This document shows positions 54,280-63,235 of a DNA stretch of 64,000 bases, in pieces (the stretch's first letter is position 1; each line of letters starts with the position of its first letter). The translations under genes were made by a program, and so were the position numbers. The stretch comes from Candidatus Limnocylindria bacterium (GTDB lineage: Bacteria > Chloroflexota > Limnocylindria > P2-11E): the NCBI GenBank assembly GCA_041486085.1, contig JBGPKU010000007.1, forward strand, positions 14,630-78,629, written 5' to 3'. The notes under the pieces were generated by a model. It was not told where the DNA came from and did no database searches. It worked only from the letters and a program-made list of their open reading frames with translations.

Positions 54280-55112
54280 TCACGCAGCTCAACGGTCAGA
54301 TCGGGCTGGCGTATGCCTTCGTCGAGCGCGAGATCGCGATCTCGAAGCGCTACTGGGCCTGGGAGATCGTGTGGCTCGTCTACGGCATCGTGACCTCGCT
54401 GTCGGTCGCCTACATCGGCCTGGCCGCGCCAGAGATCAGCGGTCGACAGATCGACGAAGCCGCGATCTCGCGCTTCGTGCTCTACCTGCTCGTCGGGACC
54501 ATCGCCTGGCGATTCCTCGGGATCATCTTCGAGAACATCGGTGAGGTCATTGCCTGGGAGCGGTGGGAAGGCACGATCGAATACACGTTCATGGCGCCCG
54601 TGCCCCGTCTCACACACCTGCTTGGCATGTGTGCGGCGACGCTGGTGCGCGCCCTTGCTTTCAGCGTCGCGATCCTCGCGGCGGTGACGCTCTTCGTCCC
54701 GGTCGATCTTTCGCACGCGAATGCGCTCTCGGCGATCGTGCTGCTCGCGGTCGGCGCGCTCGCGTTCGTCGGCCTGGGTATCGCGTCGGCGGTGTTCCCG
54801 CTGATGTGGACCGAGAAGGGTCTGCAGATGGCCTACATCGTCCAGGCCATCGTGCTGCTCGTGTCCGGCGTGTATTACCCGGTGAGTGTCCTGCCGGGAT
54901 GGATGCAGCTCCTTTCCACGATCTCTCCGGCGACCTACGTCATCCGCGGGATGCGCTCTGCGCTCATGGATGGAGCTGACCTCGCATCGCTCTGGCCCGA
55001 CGTCTGGCCGGCGCTCGTCGTCGGCGTGCTGTCCATACCTGTCGGCCTGCGCCTGTTCGTGGCGGTGGAGCGCTACGCGAAACGAACCGGTCGCCTGAAG
55101 CGCAGCGGGTGA
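54276..55112 (+). CDS. ABC-2 type transporter permease
   Basis: GTG 54276 overlaps the upstream stop. 6 TM segments and 'REIAISKRYWAWEIVW', typical of the ABC-2 N-terminus. Confidence 0.8.
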   Translation: MITQLNGQIGLAYAFVEREIAISKRYWAWEIVWLVYGIVTSLSVAYIGLAAPEISGRQIDEAAISRFVLYLLVGTIAWRFLGIIFENIGEVIAWERWEGTIEYTFMAPVPRLTHLLGMCAATLVRALAFSVAILAAVTLFVPVDLSHANALSAIVLLAVGALAFVGLGIASAVFPLMWTEKGLQMAYIVQAIVLLVSGVYYPVSVLPGWMQLLSTISPATYVIRGMRSALMDGADLASLWPDVWPALVVGVLSIPVGLRLFVAVERYAKRTGRLKRSG

Positions 55113-56068
55113 TGGGTGATCTGCAGCTGCGCGACGCGACGCTCGCCGACGTCGCGTTCGTCTCCGACGTCAGCACGCTGGTGCGGCCTTCCGCCCCCAG
55201 CGACCCCGCCGTCCTCCGATACGAGTGGGAGCACCCCCAGGACAGCTGGGTGCTGCGACGCTTCATCGCGCTGGCCGGTGATCGCCCGGCCGGATGGGGC
55301 CTCTACGCGCATCCGCGTTGGGACAAGGCGCCCCGCCGGTTCGGGATGATGGGAGCCGAGCTGCTTCCGGAGCTGCGCGACTGCGCTTCGCTCGCATCAC
55401 TGATCCGAGGTATCGAGGAGCTGCTCGTCGCGGCAGGCGCGCGCACGACTGAGATCAGCGCGAACGAGGATGACCCTGTGCGCATCGCGTCGATCGCCGC
55501 GCTCGGCTACCGCAAGGACCGGCGCTCGAAGCGGTGGGAGCTCGATCTGGTCGCGAATCGCGTGCGCCTCATCGCGATGGCCGAGGAGAGCCGCGCGCGC
55601 ATGCGCGCAGCGGGCGTGCGGCTCCTCACGCTCGCGGACGATCCCGACCCGCTGCGCCACGAGAAGATCTGGCGCATGAGCAGCGAGGCCGACGAAGATG
55701 TGCCCTCGACGCTGCCGCACGTCGAAGAGACCCTCGACGACTACCTGCGCTGGTTCGCGCAGCCGGACATGCGCGCCGACCGTATCTGGCTCGCCCGCGA
55801 GGGAGATGCCGTCGTCGGTATCTCGGTTCTGCGGTACCCGCCGGTCCGCGGCGTTGTGGGGACGGCCTGGACCGCGACGGCCCGCGGAGTGCGGGGGCGC
55901 GGCATCGCGCGCGCCGTCAAGTGCGAGACGATCGTGCAGGCGATCGCTCTCGGCGTCGATCGCGTCCGCACCGGGAACGACGCCCAGAACGACCCGATCC
56001 TCCATATAAACGCGTCGATGGGTTACCGGCCGATCGCTGGGCGCATCAGCTACCTCAAGGACGCCTAG
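55109..56068 (+). CDS. GNAT family N-acetyltransferase (two-domain)
   Basis: The start overlaps the permease stop (GTGATG). C-terminal acetyl-CoA motif 'ARGVRGRGIARAVK' and 'NDPILHINASMGY'. Confidence 0.7.
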   Translation: MMGDLQLRDATLADVAFVSDVSTLVRPSAPSDPAVLRYEWEHPQDSWVLRRFIALAGDRPAGWGLYAHPRWDKAPRRFGMMGAELLPELRDCASLASLIRGIEELLVAAGARTTEISANEDDPVRIASIAALGYRKDRRSKRWELDLVANRVRLIAMAEESRARMRAAGVRLLTLADDPDPLRHEKIWRMSSEADEDVPSTLPHVEETLDDYLRWFAQPDMRADRIWLAREGDAVVGISVLRYPPVRGVVGTAWTATARGVRGRGIARAVKCETIVQAIALGVDRVRTGNDAQNDPILHINASMGYRPIAGRISYLKDA

Positions 56069-56107
56069 CGGCCCGTTGCGTCCCGAACGCCGGCGCGTTC
56101 AAGCCTC

Positions 56108-56818
56108 GTGACCCAGCTCCGTCCGCTCGTGCTCGTCGCCGTCATCGCCGGCGGCGCCGTGTTCTTCACGCAGTGGCGAGCAGTGAACGCGAGCGTCGCG
56201 CCCACGATCGCGCCCCGCGTCGCGGTCGAAGTCTCGAGCGGGCGCTTGCCGGCGTCGGCGCTGGACATAGCGGAGCATGGCCGGGGGCCGCTCGTGCCAG
56301 CGTCGGCGCTGCAGGGATTCGCCGTGCCGGTCGGCTACGCACTGCCTGAGGAGCCCGAGCTCCTGCCTGGCTCGGCGCGCGAGTATCGGGGCGGTTTCCA
56401 CGAGGGCATCGACTTCCCGCTCTCGTTGGAGATGCCGGTGGCGGCGGCGAAGGCCGGAAAGATCGTGCGGATCGATTCCGCGTATGTCGAGTGGAGCGTC
56501 GAGGAGCAGATCCAAAGTGAGGACGTGGGCTTCAAGCTCGGATACACCCCGGAAGCAGTTCTCGACAAGCTGCGCGGCCGGCAGGTGTGGATCGATCACG
56601 GGCACGGCGTGGTCAGCCGCTACGCGCACCTGCAGAGCGTGGAGCTCTTCTCGGTCGGCTCGATCGTCGAGCAGGGCACGGTCATCGGCCGAGTCGGCAA
56701 CAGCGGGACCAAGGCCGGGCCGCACCTGCACATCGAGATCCGCGTCGGGGGCTCGTACCTCGGCGACGGCCTCTCGGGCGACGCGCTCCTCCGCGTCCTT
56801 CGACGCGCCTTCTCCTAG
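56108..56818 (+). CDS. M23 family metallopeptidase
   Basis: N-terminal TM anchor, then 'GGFHEGIDF', 'HGHGVVSRYAHL' and 'GNSGTKAGPHLHIEI'. Confidence 0.85.
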   Translation: MTQLRPLVLVAVIAGGAVFFTQWRAVNASVAPTIAPRVAVEVSSGRLPASALDIAEHGRGPLVPASALQGFAVPVGYALPEEPELLPGSAREYRGGFHEGIDFPLSLEMPVAAAKAGKIVRIDSAYVEWSVEEQIQSEDVGFKLGYTPEAVLDKLRGRQVWIDHGHGVVSRYAHLQSVELFSVGSIVEQGTVIGRVGNSGTKAGPHLHIEIRVGGSYLGDGLSGDALLRVLRRAFS

Positions 56819-56881
56819 CGCTCAGCCTGTATCGCGGGCGCGAACAGCTCGACCAGGAAGAAGTCGGTACGCTTTCGAACG

Positions 56882-58969
56882 ATGACCGCAGCAGATCTGG
56901 TGCCTCCGGCCCCGGAGTCGCCGCGCGAGGACGTCGTCGACACGTGGCATGGTGAGCGGATCAGCGATCCCTACCGTTGGCTCGAAGGTGACTCGGAACG
57001 GATCAGGTCGTGGACCGACGCCCAGAACGTGCGCACGCGCTCCGTCCTCGACGCCATCCCCGCCCGCGAAGCCCTCGCCACGCGTCTGCGGGAGCTGCTG
57101 TCGGTCGGCCTCCTCACGACTCCCAAACCAGCGGGCAAATGGATCTTCCACACCCGGCGGGAGGGTGATCAGAAGCAGGCCGTGCTCTACGTGCGCGAGG
57201 GTCTGACCGGAACGGACCACGCGCTCATCGATCCGAATGCCCTCGATGCCGGAGGCCTGGTGACGCTCGACTGGTATTACCCCTCGAGCGACGGCGCCTT
57301 CGTCGCCTACGGCCTGTCCCATGGTGGTGACGAGCTGTCCACGCTGCACGTCGTGGATGTGGTGTCGGGGACCGACTGCGGTGAGGCGATCCCGCACACC
57401 CAGCGCTCCAGCGTCGCCTGGACGGCCGACGGGTTCTATTACACGGTCCATCCCGCGCCGGGCAGCGTCGCGGCCGGTGACGAGCACTACCACCGTCGCA
57501 TCCGCTACCACCGCTTGGGCGACGATCCCGCGAACGACGAGCTCGCCTTCGGTGAGGGCCGGCTGAAGGAGGACATCCTCGTCGTGCAGACCTCACCGGA
57601 TGGGCGCTGGGTCATGGCCGAGGCGTTCCGCGGGTGGGTCCAGAGCGATGTCTACCTGCTCGATCGGCGCGACGCCGCGAAGACCTGGCGCACCGTCGTG
57701 GCCGGCGAGGACGGTCTCACCTCGGGACTTCTCACGAATGACGGCGTCTGGCTGCGCACGAACCTCGACGCGCTCAACTACGTCGTGGCTCGCGCCACGT
57801 TCGATTCGCCAGGGCGCGAGTCGTGGAAGGTTGTTGTGCCGGAGAGCGAGCATCCCATCGAGCTGTTCGACGTGTCACGCGACCGCGTCGCCGTCGTGCG
57901 CCTGTCGAACGCGACGTCGCGTGTGTCGCTCTGGACGCACGACGGCAAGCATGAGCGCGAGGTGACGCTGCCGGGCCTCGGGACCGTGTCGGGGATCAGC
58001 GCCGACCCGACCGGCGACCTCATCACGCTCACGTATGAATCGTTCGCCGCGCCCGCGGCCGCGTTCGGGATCACGCGCGACGGCTCGCTGCACGAGATCG
58101 TGCGTCTCGCCACACCGCGCGGTCTCGATCCCGCATCGCTCGTGGTGGAGCAGACCACGTATTCATCGCGTGATGGCACACCGATCACGATGTTCCTGGT
58201 CCATCGCGGCGACATTCATGCGAGCGGTGACGTGCCCACCGTGCTGTCGGGGTATGGCGGCTTCAACATCTCGCGCACGCCGGCGTATTTTCCGGGCGTC
58301 GCCGCGTGGGTCGAGGCCGGCGGGCTTTTCGCGCTTCCCAACCTGCGGGGCGGCGGCGAGTACGGCGAGCGCTGGCACCGCGATGGGATGCTCCAGCGCA
58401 AGCAGAACGTCTTCGACGACTTCCACTCCGCCGCCGAAGCGCTGGTCTCCCAGGGATGGACGACCGCGGAGCGTCTGGGCATCTCGGGCGGATCGAACGG
58501 CGGCCTCCTGACCGGCGCCGCCCTGACGCAGCGACCTGAGCTGTTCGCCGCGGTGTTCTGCGCGGTACCGCTGCTCGACATGCTGCGCTATCAGAACTTC
58601 CTGATCGCGCGCTTCTGGATCGCCGAGTACGGCACCGCCGAGGATGCGGCGCAGTATCGCTGGCTGCGCGCGTACTCGCCCTACCACCACGTCCGCCCCG
58701 GCCTGCGCTACCCCGCGATGCTTTTCACGACGGCCGAGGGCGACAGTCGCGTCGATCCGATGCATGCGCGAAAGATGGCTGCGCTGATGCAGGCGGTCAC
58801 CGCCCCGGACCCCCGTGCCCTCGTGCTCCTCCGGGTCGAGCGTGATGCCGGACACGGCATCGGAAAGCCACTGGATAAGCAGGTCGACGACCTCGCCGAC
58901 CAGTATTCGTTCTTCGCCTGGCGGCTTGGTCTGGCGCAGGGGGCCTCCGGTATGCTCGGTAAGAGATGA
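56882..58969 (+). CDS. prolyl oligopeptidase family serine peptidase (S9A)
   Basis: 695 aa with 'DPYRWLE', a beta-propeller region, 'GYGGFNIS', nucleophile 'GGSNGGLL' and 'RVERDAGHG'. Confidence 0.9.
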   Translation: MTAADLVPPAPESPREDVVDTWHGERISDPYRWLEGDSERIRSWTDAQNVRTRSVLDAIPAREALATRLRELLSVGLLTTPKPAGKWIFHTRREGDQKQAVLYVREGLTGTDHALIDPNALDAGGLVTLDWYYPSSDGAFVAYGLSHGGDELSTLHVVDVVSGTDCGEAIPHTQRSSVAWTADGFYYTVHPAPGSVAAGDEHYHRRIRYHRLGDDPANDELAFGEGRLKEDILVVQTSPDGRWVMAEAFRGWVQSDVYLLDRRDAAKTWRTVVAGEDGLTSGLLTNDGVWLRTNLDALNYVVARATFDSPGRESWKVVVPESEHPIELFDVSRDRVAVVRLSNATSRVSLWTHDGKHEREVTLPGLGTVSGISADPTGDLITLTYESFAAPAAAFGITRDGSLHEIVRLATPRGLDPASLVVEQTTYSSRDGTPITMFLVHRGDIHASGDVPTVLSGYGGFNISRTPAYFPGVAAWVEAGGLFALPNLRGGGEYGERWHRDGMLQRKQNVFDDFHSAAEALVSQGWTTAERLGISGGSNGGLLTGAALTQRPELFAAVFCAVPLLDMLRYQNFLIARFWIAEYGTAEDAAQYRWLRAYSPYHHVRPGLRYPAMLFTTAEGDSRVDPMHARKMAALMQAVTAPDPRALVLLRVERDAGHGIGKPLDKQVDDLADQYSFFAWRLGLAQGASGMLGKR

Positions 58970-59343
58970 ACATTCTCGAGATCCTGCGCGAGAAGGCCAG
59001 GGACTACGACTGCGGCGTCTGTGGCACCAACCACAGCCGTTCGGAGATCAGCCTCCTCGGCCGCCGCGAGGGCGGATGGGTCGTCAAGGTGGTCTGCTCG
59101 AAATGTGAGACGAACATCACGCTCCTCGTGTACGTCGGAGACAAGTCCAAGGCCGACCAGGCTGAGGTGAGCGGCGCGATCCGCCGCCGATCCGTGGCCG
59201 GCCCGCCGAGGCCTGAGCGGCGGCCGCCCCTCTCGCTCGACGACGTGATCGACGCGCACGACCTGCTCGAGTCGTTCTCTGGCGACGTGAATGCGCTGTT
59301 CGCGCCGCGCGGGAAGGTCCGCACCTCCACCGACATCTCCTAG
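58966..59343 (+). CDS. zinc-ribbon hypothetical protein
   Basis: ATGA overlap with the peptidase stop. 'CGVCGTNH...CSKCETN' (CxxC...CxxC). 125 aa. Confidence 0.55.
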   Translation: MNILEILREKARDYDCGVCGTNHSRSEISLLGRREGGWVVKVVCSKCETNITLLVYVGDKSKADQAEVSGAIRRRSVAGPPRPERRPPLSLDDVIDAHDLLESFSGDVNALFAPRGKVRTSTDIS

Positions 59344-60417
59344 ATGGCGAAAAACGCGGTGATCACCGGTTGGGGTTTCCACGCGCCATCCCGCGTCGTC
59401 ACCAACTTCGATCTCGAGAAGATGGTCGACACGACCGACGAGTGGATCACGAGCCGCACAGGCATCAAGGAGCGACGCTTCGCGGCGGAGGGCGAGACGA
59501 CGTCGTCGATGTCGGTGCGCGCCGCTCGGATCGCGCTCGAGCGGGCGAGGATGCGGCCGCAAGACGTGCAGCTCGTCATCGTGGGCACGTGCTCCCCGGA
59601 CTACCTGTTCCCGGCGACCGCCTGTCTGGTCCAGGCAGAGCTCGGGGCGACGCGCGCTGGCGCATTCGACATCGAAGCCGCGTGCACCAGCTTCGTCACC
59701 GCGCTCGGCGTCGCAAAGGGCATGATCACCTCGGGCACCGTCCAGAACGCCCTGGTCATCGGCGCGGAGACGCTGTCCCGATTCCTCAACTGGAAGGACC
59801 GCACGACCTGCGTGCTCTTCGGCGACGGCGCCGGTGCCGTCGTGGTCGAGGCCTCCAACGCATCGGTCGGGATCGAGTCCGTCGTCCTGCACAGCGAGGG
59901 CTCGAAGGGCGAGCTCCTCATGGTGCAAGCCGGTGGGGCGAAGCTGCCTGCCACCAAGGACACACTCGAGCGCGGTCAGCACTTCATCACGATGCAGGGC
60001 GGTGAGGTGTTCAAGCTCGCGGTGAAGTCGATGGCCGATGCGGCCGAGGAGGCGATCCGCGAGGCCAGCCTCGGCCTCGATGACATCGCGATCATGATCC
60101 CGCACCAGGCGAACATCAGGATCATCGAAGGTGTCGCAAAACGACTGCACTTCCCGATGGAAAAGGTCTTCGTGAACATCCAGCGCTACGGCAACACCTC
60201 GTCCGCGTCGATCCCGATCGCGATCGCGGAGGCGGCGGCCTCCGGTCGCCTGCGTCGCGGGGACAAGGTATTGCTCGTCGCGTTCGGCGGCGGATTCACG
60301 TGGGGCGCGTCGGTGCTCGAGTGGTTCGGACCGCACGACGGCGTTCGGCCGCCGTCTCCGTTGGAGCGGGCGCGCGAAGCGCTCGAAGACGTCGTGGAGC
60401 GCGTTCGCCCGATCTGA
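59344..60417 (+). CDS. fabH: beta-ketoacyl-ACP synthase III
   Basis: 'AACTSFVTAL' (active Cys), 'PHQANIRI' and 'GNTSSASIP'. The ATG directly follows the upstream stop. Confidence 0.9.
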   Translation: MAKNAVITGWGFHAPSRVVTNFDLEKMVDTTDEWITSRTGIKERRFAAEGETTSSMSVRAARIALERARMRPQDVQLVIVGTCSPDYLFPATACLVQAELGATRAGAFDIEAACTSFVTALGVAKGMITSGTVQNALVIGAETLSRFLNWKDRTTCVLFGDGAGAVVVEASNASVGIESVVLHSEGSKGELLMVQAGGAKLPATKDTLERGQHFITMQGGEVFKLAVKSMADAAEEAIREASLGLDDIAIMIPHQANIRIIEGVAKRLHFPMEKVFVNIQRYGNTSSASIPIAIAEAAASGRLRRGDKVLLVAFGGGFTWGASVLEWFGPHDGVRPPSPLERAREALEDVVERVRPI

Positions 60418-60611
60418 GCCGCGCGCACCTGACGCCAATGTGAACGAACCTGAATTCCGCAAGCCCGCTCGCCACGCGAGCGAGCGTCGGGCCGGCGTTC
60501 TCAACTGCTTTTCGACCGCGAGTGCACGCACCGGTCTCTCGCCCGGCACGAGCGAGCCACACCATTCAACCAGCACTTATTCGTACGCGGTCCTGGTCGG
60601 TGGAGGTTTGG

Positions 60612-61214
60612 ATGGGCGTGCAGGCAGTCACTCATCGGATCATTTCGTTCACGGCAGCGTTCGCGCTGGCCGGCGCGCTGGTCCTCGGCGCCTTCGCGTC
60701 GCCGGCGTCGGCCGCCGATTGCCCGGATCCGGTCGTTGAGTTCCTCGGCATCGGCGCCGGGAACATCACCCTGGCCGCCGCGGACGCGAATCACTGGGTC
60801 GGAACGGTCACGATCCGCGTGTTCTGCGAGCTCGGCGGCGGCGCATCCGTGCCCGTCACGAACGCTCAGGTCCGCATCACGACGAACGTCCCGAACACGA
60901 CCTTCGACGGACACCCGGCATTCCTGCTGACGACCGCGGTCATCGAGCTCCCGACGGGGACCAAGACGGTCGAGGTCGTATCGAGTGATCCTGGCCTCGC
61001 GCCGGGTCAGGTGTTCGGACGCGTCGGAGGACAGCTGAGCATCGCGACGGTCGCATTCGGGAGCCACGTCCCGCTCGGGTACGCGCCCATAGTCGTTACC
61101 AATGTCTTCGCACGGACTCCTGAGCTCAGCAGCATTGCGCTCCTGGCCTCGGGTGGTGTCGGCGCCGCGGGATACCTGGTCATCGCGGCGCGCGCGAGGC
61201 GGCGCCGGAGCTAA
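60612..61214 (+). CDS. secreted protein with PEP-CTERM-like (PEL) C-terminal sorting signal
   Basis: ATG 60612 lies 5 nt after GGAGG. Signal peptide '...LGAFASPASA'. C-terminus 'TPEL-SSIALLASGGVGAAGYLVIAA-RARRRRS' (motif, TM helix, basic tail). Confidence 0.65.
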   Translation: MGVQAVTHRIISFTAAFALAGALVLGAFASPASAADCPDPVVEFLGIGAGNITLAAADANHWVGTVTIRVFCELGGGASVPVTNAQVRITTNVPNTTFDGHPAFLLTTAVIELPTGTKTVEVVSSDPGLAPGQVFGRVGGQLSIATVAFGSHVPLGYAPIVVTNVFARTPELSSIALLASGGVGAAGYLVIAARARRRRS

Positions 61215-61236
61215 CCCGGCGCATCGGGAGACGGCG

Positions 61237-62097
61237 ATGAGCTCGGCTTCCGCACGGATATCCCGCATACCGATGCGGGACGTCCCGGCGGCGACCCTGC
61301 TCCTCGCCGTCACCGGCGTTCTTCTCGCGCCGGCGCTCGAGCACGCCGTCGAGCTCTGGTCCACGACCGAGGAGTTCAGCTACGGATTCCTCATCGTGCC
61401 GATCGCCGCGGGATTGGTGTTCATTCGCCGCCATCGCATCAGCGCCCTCGCCGGCGCCGGCGATGACCGCGGCCTCATCCTCTCGGCGGCCGGACTCCTC
61501 CTGTATCTCCTCGGGGAACGCATGAACGTGCACGCGCTGTCGGGCCTCGCGATCACGCCGATCCTCCTCGGGGGCGCTCTGTATCTCTGGGGTCGCGCGG
61601 TCGCCGTCGCGCTCGCCTTTCCACTGTGCTTTCTGGCGTTCGGCTTCGCGCCCTATCGCGGACTGCTGGACACGCTCGGCTTCGCGCTGCAGGTCGTCAC
61701 CGCCGACGGCGCCGCGCTCGTCGCGACTATCGTCGGCCTCCCGGTCGTGGTCGAAGGGCTCGTGCTGACGCTGCCGTCGTATTCGTTCGTCGTGGCGGAA
61801 GCGTGCTCCGGCATGAGCTCGCTCCTGTCGATGCTGGCCCTCGCGTCGGTGTTCATCCATCTGGCGCAGGCGTCGCTCCCGCGCAAGCTCGCCGTGATCG
61901 CGGCGGTGCTCCCGATCGTGGTGATCGCCAACGTCCTGCGCGTGACGCTCGTGCTGGCCGTCGCGGAGTCATTCGGCCCCGAGACCGCGACGGGCTTCTT
62001 CCACGGCGCGTCGAGCCTTGCCCTCTTCGCCTTCGCACTGGCCGGTCTGTTTGGATTCAGCCGGGTGGTCGGATGCCGGATCCCCGTCGCGTCCTGA
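61237..62097 (+). CDS. exosortase/archaeosortase family protein
   Basis: ATG 61237 lies 6 nt after GGGAG. 286 aa and polytopic, with 'WSTTEEFSYGFLIVP', 'VVAEACSGMSSL' (catalytic Cys region) and 'IANVLRVTLV' (Arg). Confidence 0.75.
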   Translation: MSSASARISRIPMRDVPAATLLLAVTGVLLAPALEHAVELWSTTEEFSYGFLIVPIAAGLVFIRRHRISALAGAGDDRGLILSAAGLLLYLLGERMNVHALSGLAITPILLGGALYLWGRAVAVALAFPLCFLAFGFAPYRGLLDTLGFALQVVTADGAALVATIVGLPVVVEGLVLTLPSYSFVVAEACSGMSSLLSMLALASVFIHLAQASLPRKLAVIAAVLPIVVIANVLRVTLVLAVAESFGPETATGFFHGASSLALFAFALAGLFGFSRVVGCRIPVAS

Positions 62098-62684
62098 TCC
62101 TCGCGGCGCTCGTCGCGAGCGGCGCCGGCGGCATGTTCGCGCTGCCCGCCCCGGACGTCTCGGCCGACGTGCGCCGCCCCCCGAGCGCGGTCTTCGCGGC
62201 GGCCGGCTGGTCGGTGGGCGAGCCGCTCCTCTCGACGGCCAACAGCATCGGCATGGCCACGCTCCGATACGCGTCCACCAGCGGCGATGCGGGTGCCGTG
62301 ATCGCGGTCGCGACGAGCCCCGACGCCAAGCGCATCTACCGCGCCGGACCGGAGATCCCGTTCGCCGGCTCCGGGTACCAGGTCACGAGCGCGCCGCGAG
62401 AGCTCGTCGCATCGACCGCGGATCGAGTCGCGCTCATCGCTGCACGCGGTCAGGAGCGCCTGCTGCTCATCGCGACCTACGGCGAGCGCCGGGGACGGCT
62501 CGGCAACGGGCCCCTCGCATGGGCCGCCGCCGCGCTGGATGGCGTCCTCGCGAACGCCAACGACTACTACCTCGTCACGGTCGTGGTCGCGCTCTCTGGC
62601 TCGGACGATCAGAGGACCGCGGCGAAGGCCGAGCAGCTCGCGGGCTCGGTGTTCGCCGAGGTCGCGCGGTGGTACGCGCGCTAG
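62073..62684 (+). CDS. EpsI-like exosortase-associated protein
   Basis: ATG 62073 overlaps the exosortase end by 25 nt. N-terminal TM segment; 'AGPEIPFAGSGYQVTS' and 'LLLIATYGERRGRL...DYYLVTVV' resemble the EpsI pattern. Confidence 0.55.
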   Translation: MPDPRRVLILAALVASGAGGMFALPAPDVSADVRRPPSAVFAAAGWSVGEPLLSTANSIGMATLRYASTSGDAGAVIAVATSPDAKRIYRAGPEIPFAGSGYQVTSAPRELVASTADRVALIAARGQERLLLIATYGERRGRLGNGPLAWAAAALDGVLANANDYYLVTVVVALSGSDDQRTAAKAEQLAGSVFAEVARWYAR

Positions 62685-62712
62685 AAGAGGCCCCCGATCC
62701 CCGATTGACCCC

Positions 62713-62740
62713 TTGACAGCGCACCCCAGTGGGGCAGAAT
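62713..62740 (+). promoter_or_regulatory. putative sigma-70-type promoter of the mraZ/dcw operon
   Basis: TTGACA (62713-18), a 16-nt spacer, then CAGAAT (62735-40), about 60 nt upstream of the mraZ start. Confidence 0.4.
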
Positions 62741-62778
62741 CCCGCTGCGTGGTGAATTGTGGGGAACGGTGGGGAATC
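62729..62778 (+). promoter_or_regulatory. putative MraZ operator: GTGG(G/T)G boxes in 10-bp register
   Basis: GTGGGG at 62729, GTGGTG at 62749, and GTGGGG at 62759 and 62769. The last three form GTGGTGAATT GTGGGGAACG GTGGGGAATC. Confidence 0.55.
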
Positions 62779-62801
62779 GTTCTCCAAGTCGGGAAGGTCA
62801 A

Positions 62802-63233
62802 TTGGAAGGCTATTTCGCGGGCGAATTCGCCCATTCTCTGGACGAGAAAGGGCGCCTCGCCATCCCTGCCAAGCTTCGCAGCCGATTCAAGGAAGGCGCG
62901 GTCGTGACACGTTGGATCGGCGAATGCCTGGCCGTCTTCCCCGCACCCGAATGGAGCGCGCTGAACGCCGACATCGCCAAGCGCCCGCGTACCGATCCGG
63001 CGGCGACGCGCTTCCGGCACTTCCTGCTCGCCGGGGCGCACGAGGCTGATCCTGATGCCCAAGGACGGCTCACGATCCCGGCGCACCTCCGCGAGTACGC
63101 GCACCTCTCGAGCGAAGCCGTCGTCATCGGCAACTCCGACCACCTCGAGGTCTGGGAGCCGGGACGCTGGCGCGCCGAGCTCGCGCGCGTCCAGAACGAC
63201 ATCGCCGGCGACCTCAAGGACCTCGGGGTCTAG
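62802..63233 (+). CDS. mraZ: transcriptional regulator MraZ
   Basis: TTG 62802 lies 4 nt after GGGAAGG and gives a 143-aa protein. Two SpoVT-AbrB halves: 'LDEKGRLAIPAKLR' and 'DAQGRLTIPAHLR'. Confidence 0.85.
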   Translation: MEGYFAGEFAHSLDEKGRLAIPAKLRSRFKEGAVVTRWIGECLAVFPAPEWSALNADIAKRPRTDPAATRFRHFLLAGAHEADPDAQGRLTIPAHLREYAHLSSEAVVIGNSDHLEVWEPGRWRAELARVQNDIAGDLKDLGV

Positions 63234-63235
63234 CG

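Noticed and set aside
58708-60576. 622-aa minus-strand ORF. Similar long ORFs occur at 52040..53545 (-), 61653..63143 (-), 49717..51063 (-), 39985..41808 (+), 42310..43989 (+), 5643..6629 (-) and 7951..9399 (-).
   Set aside because: All lie antisense to or out of frame with genes that have strong family motifs. Their products are dominated by Arg, Ala, Gly, Pro and Asp, and none has a recognisable domain. They are typical shadow ORFs of GC-rich genomes.
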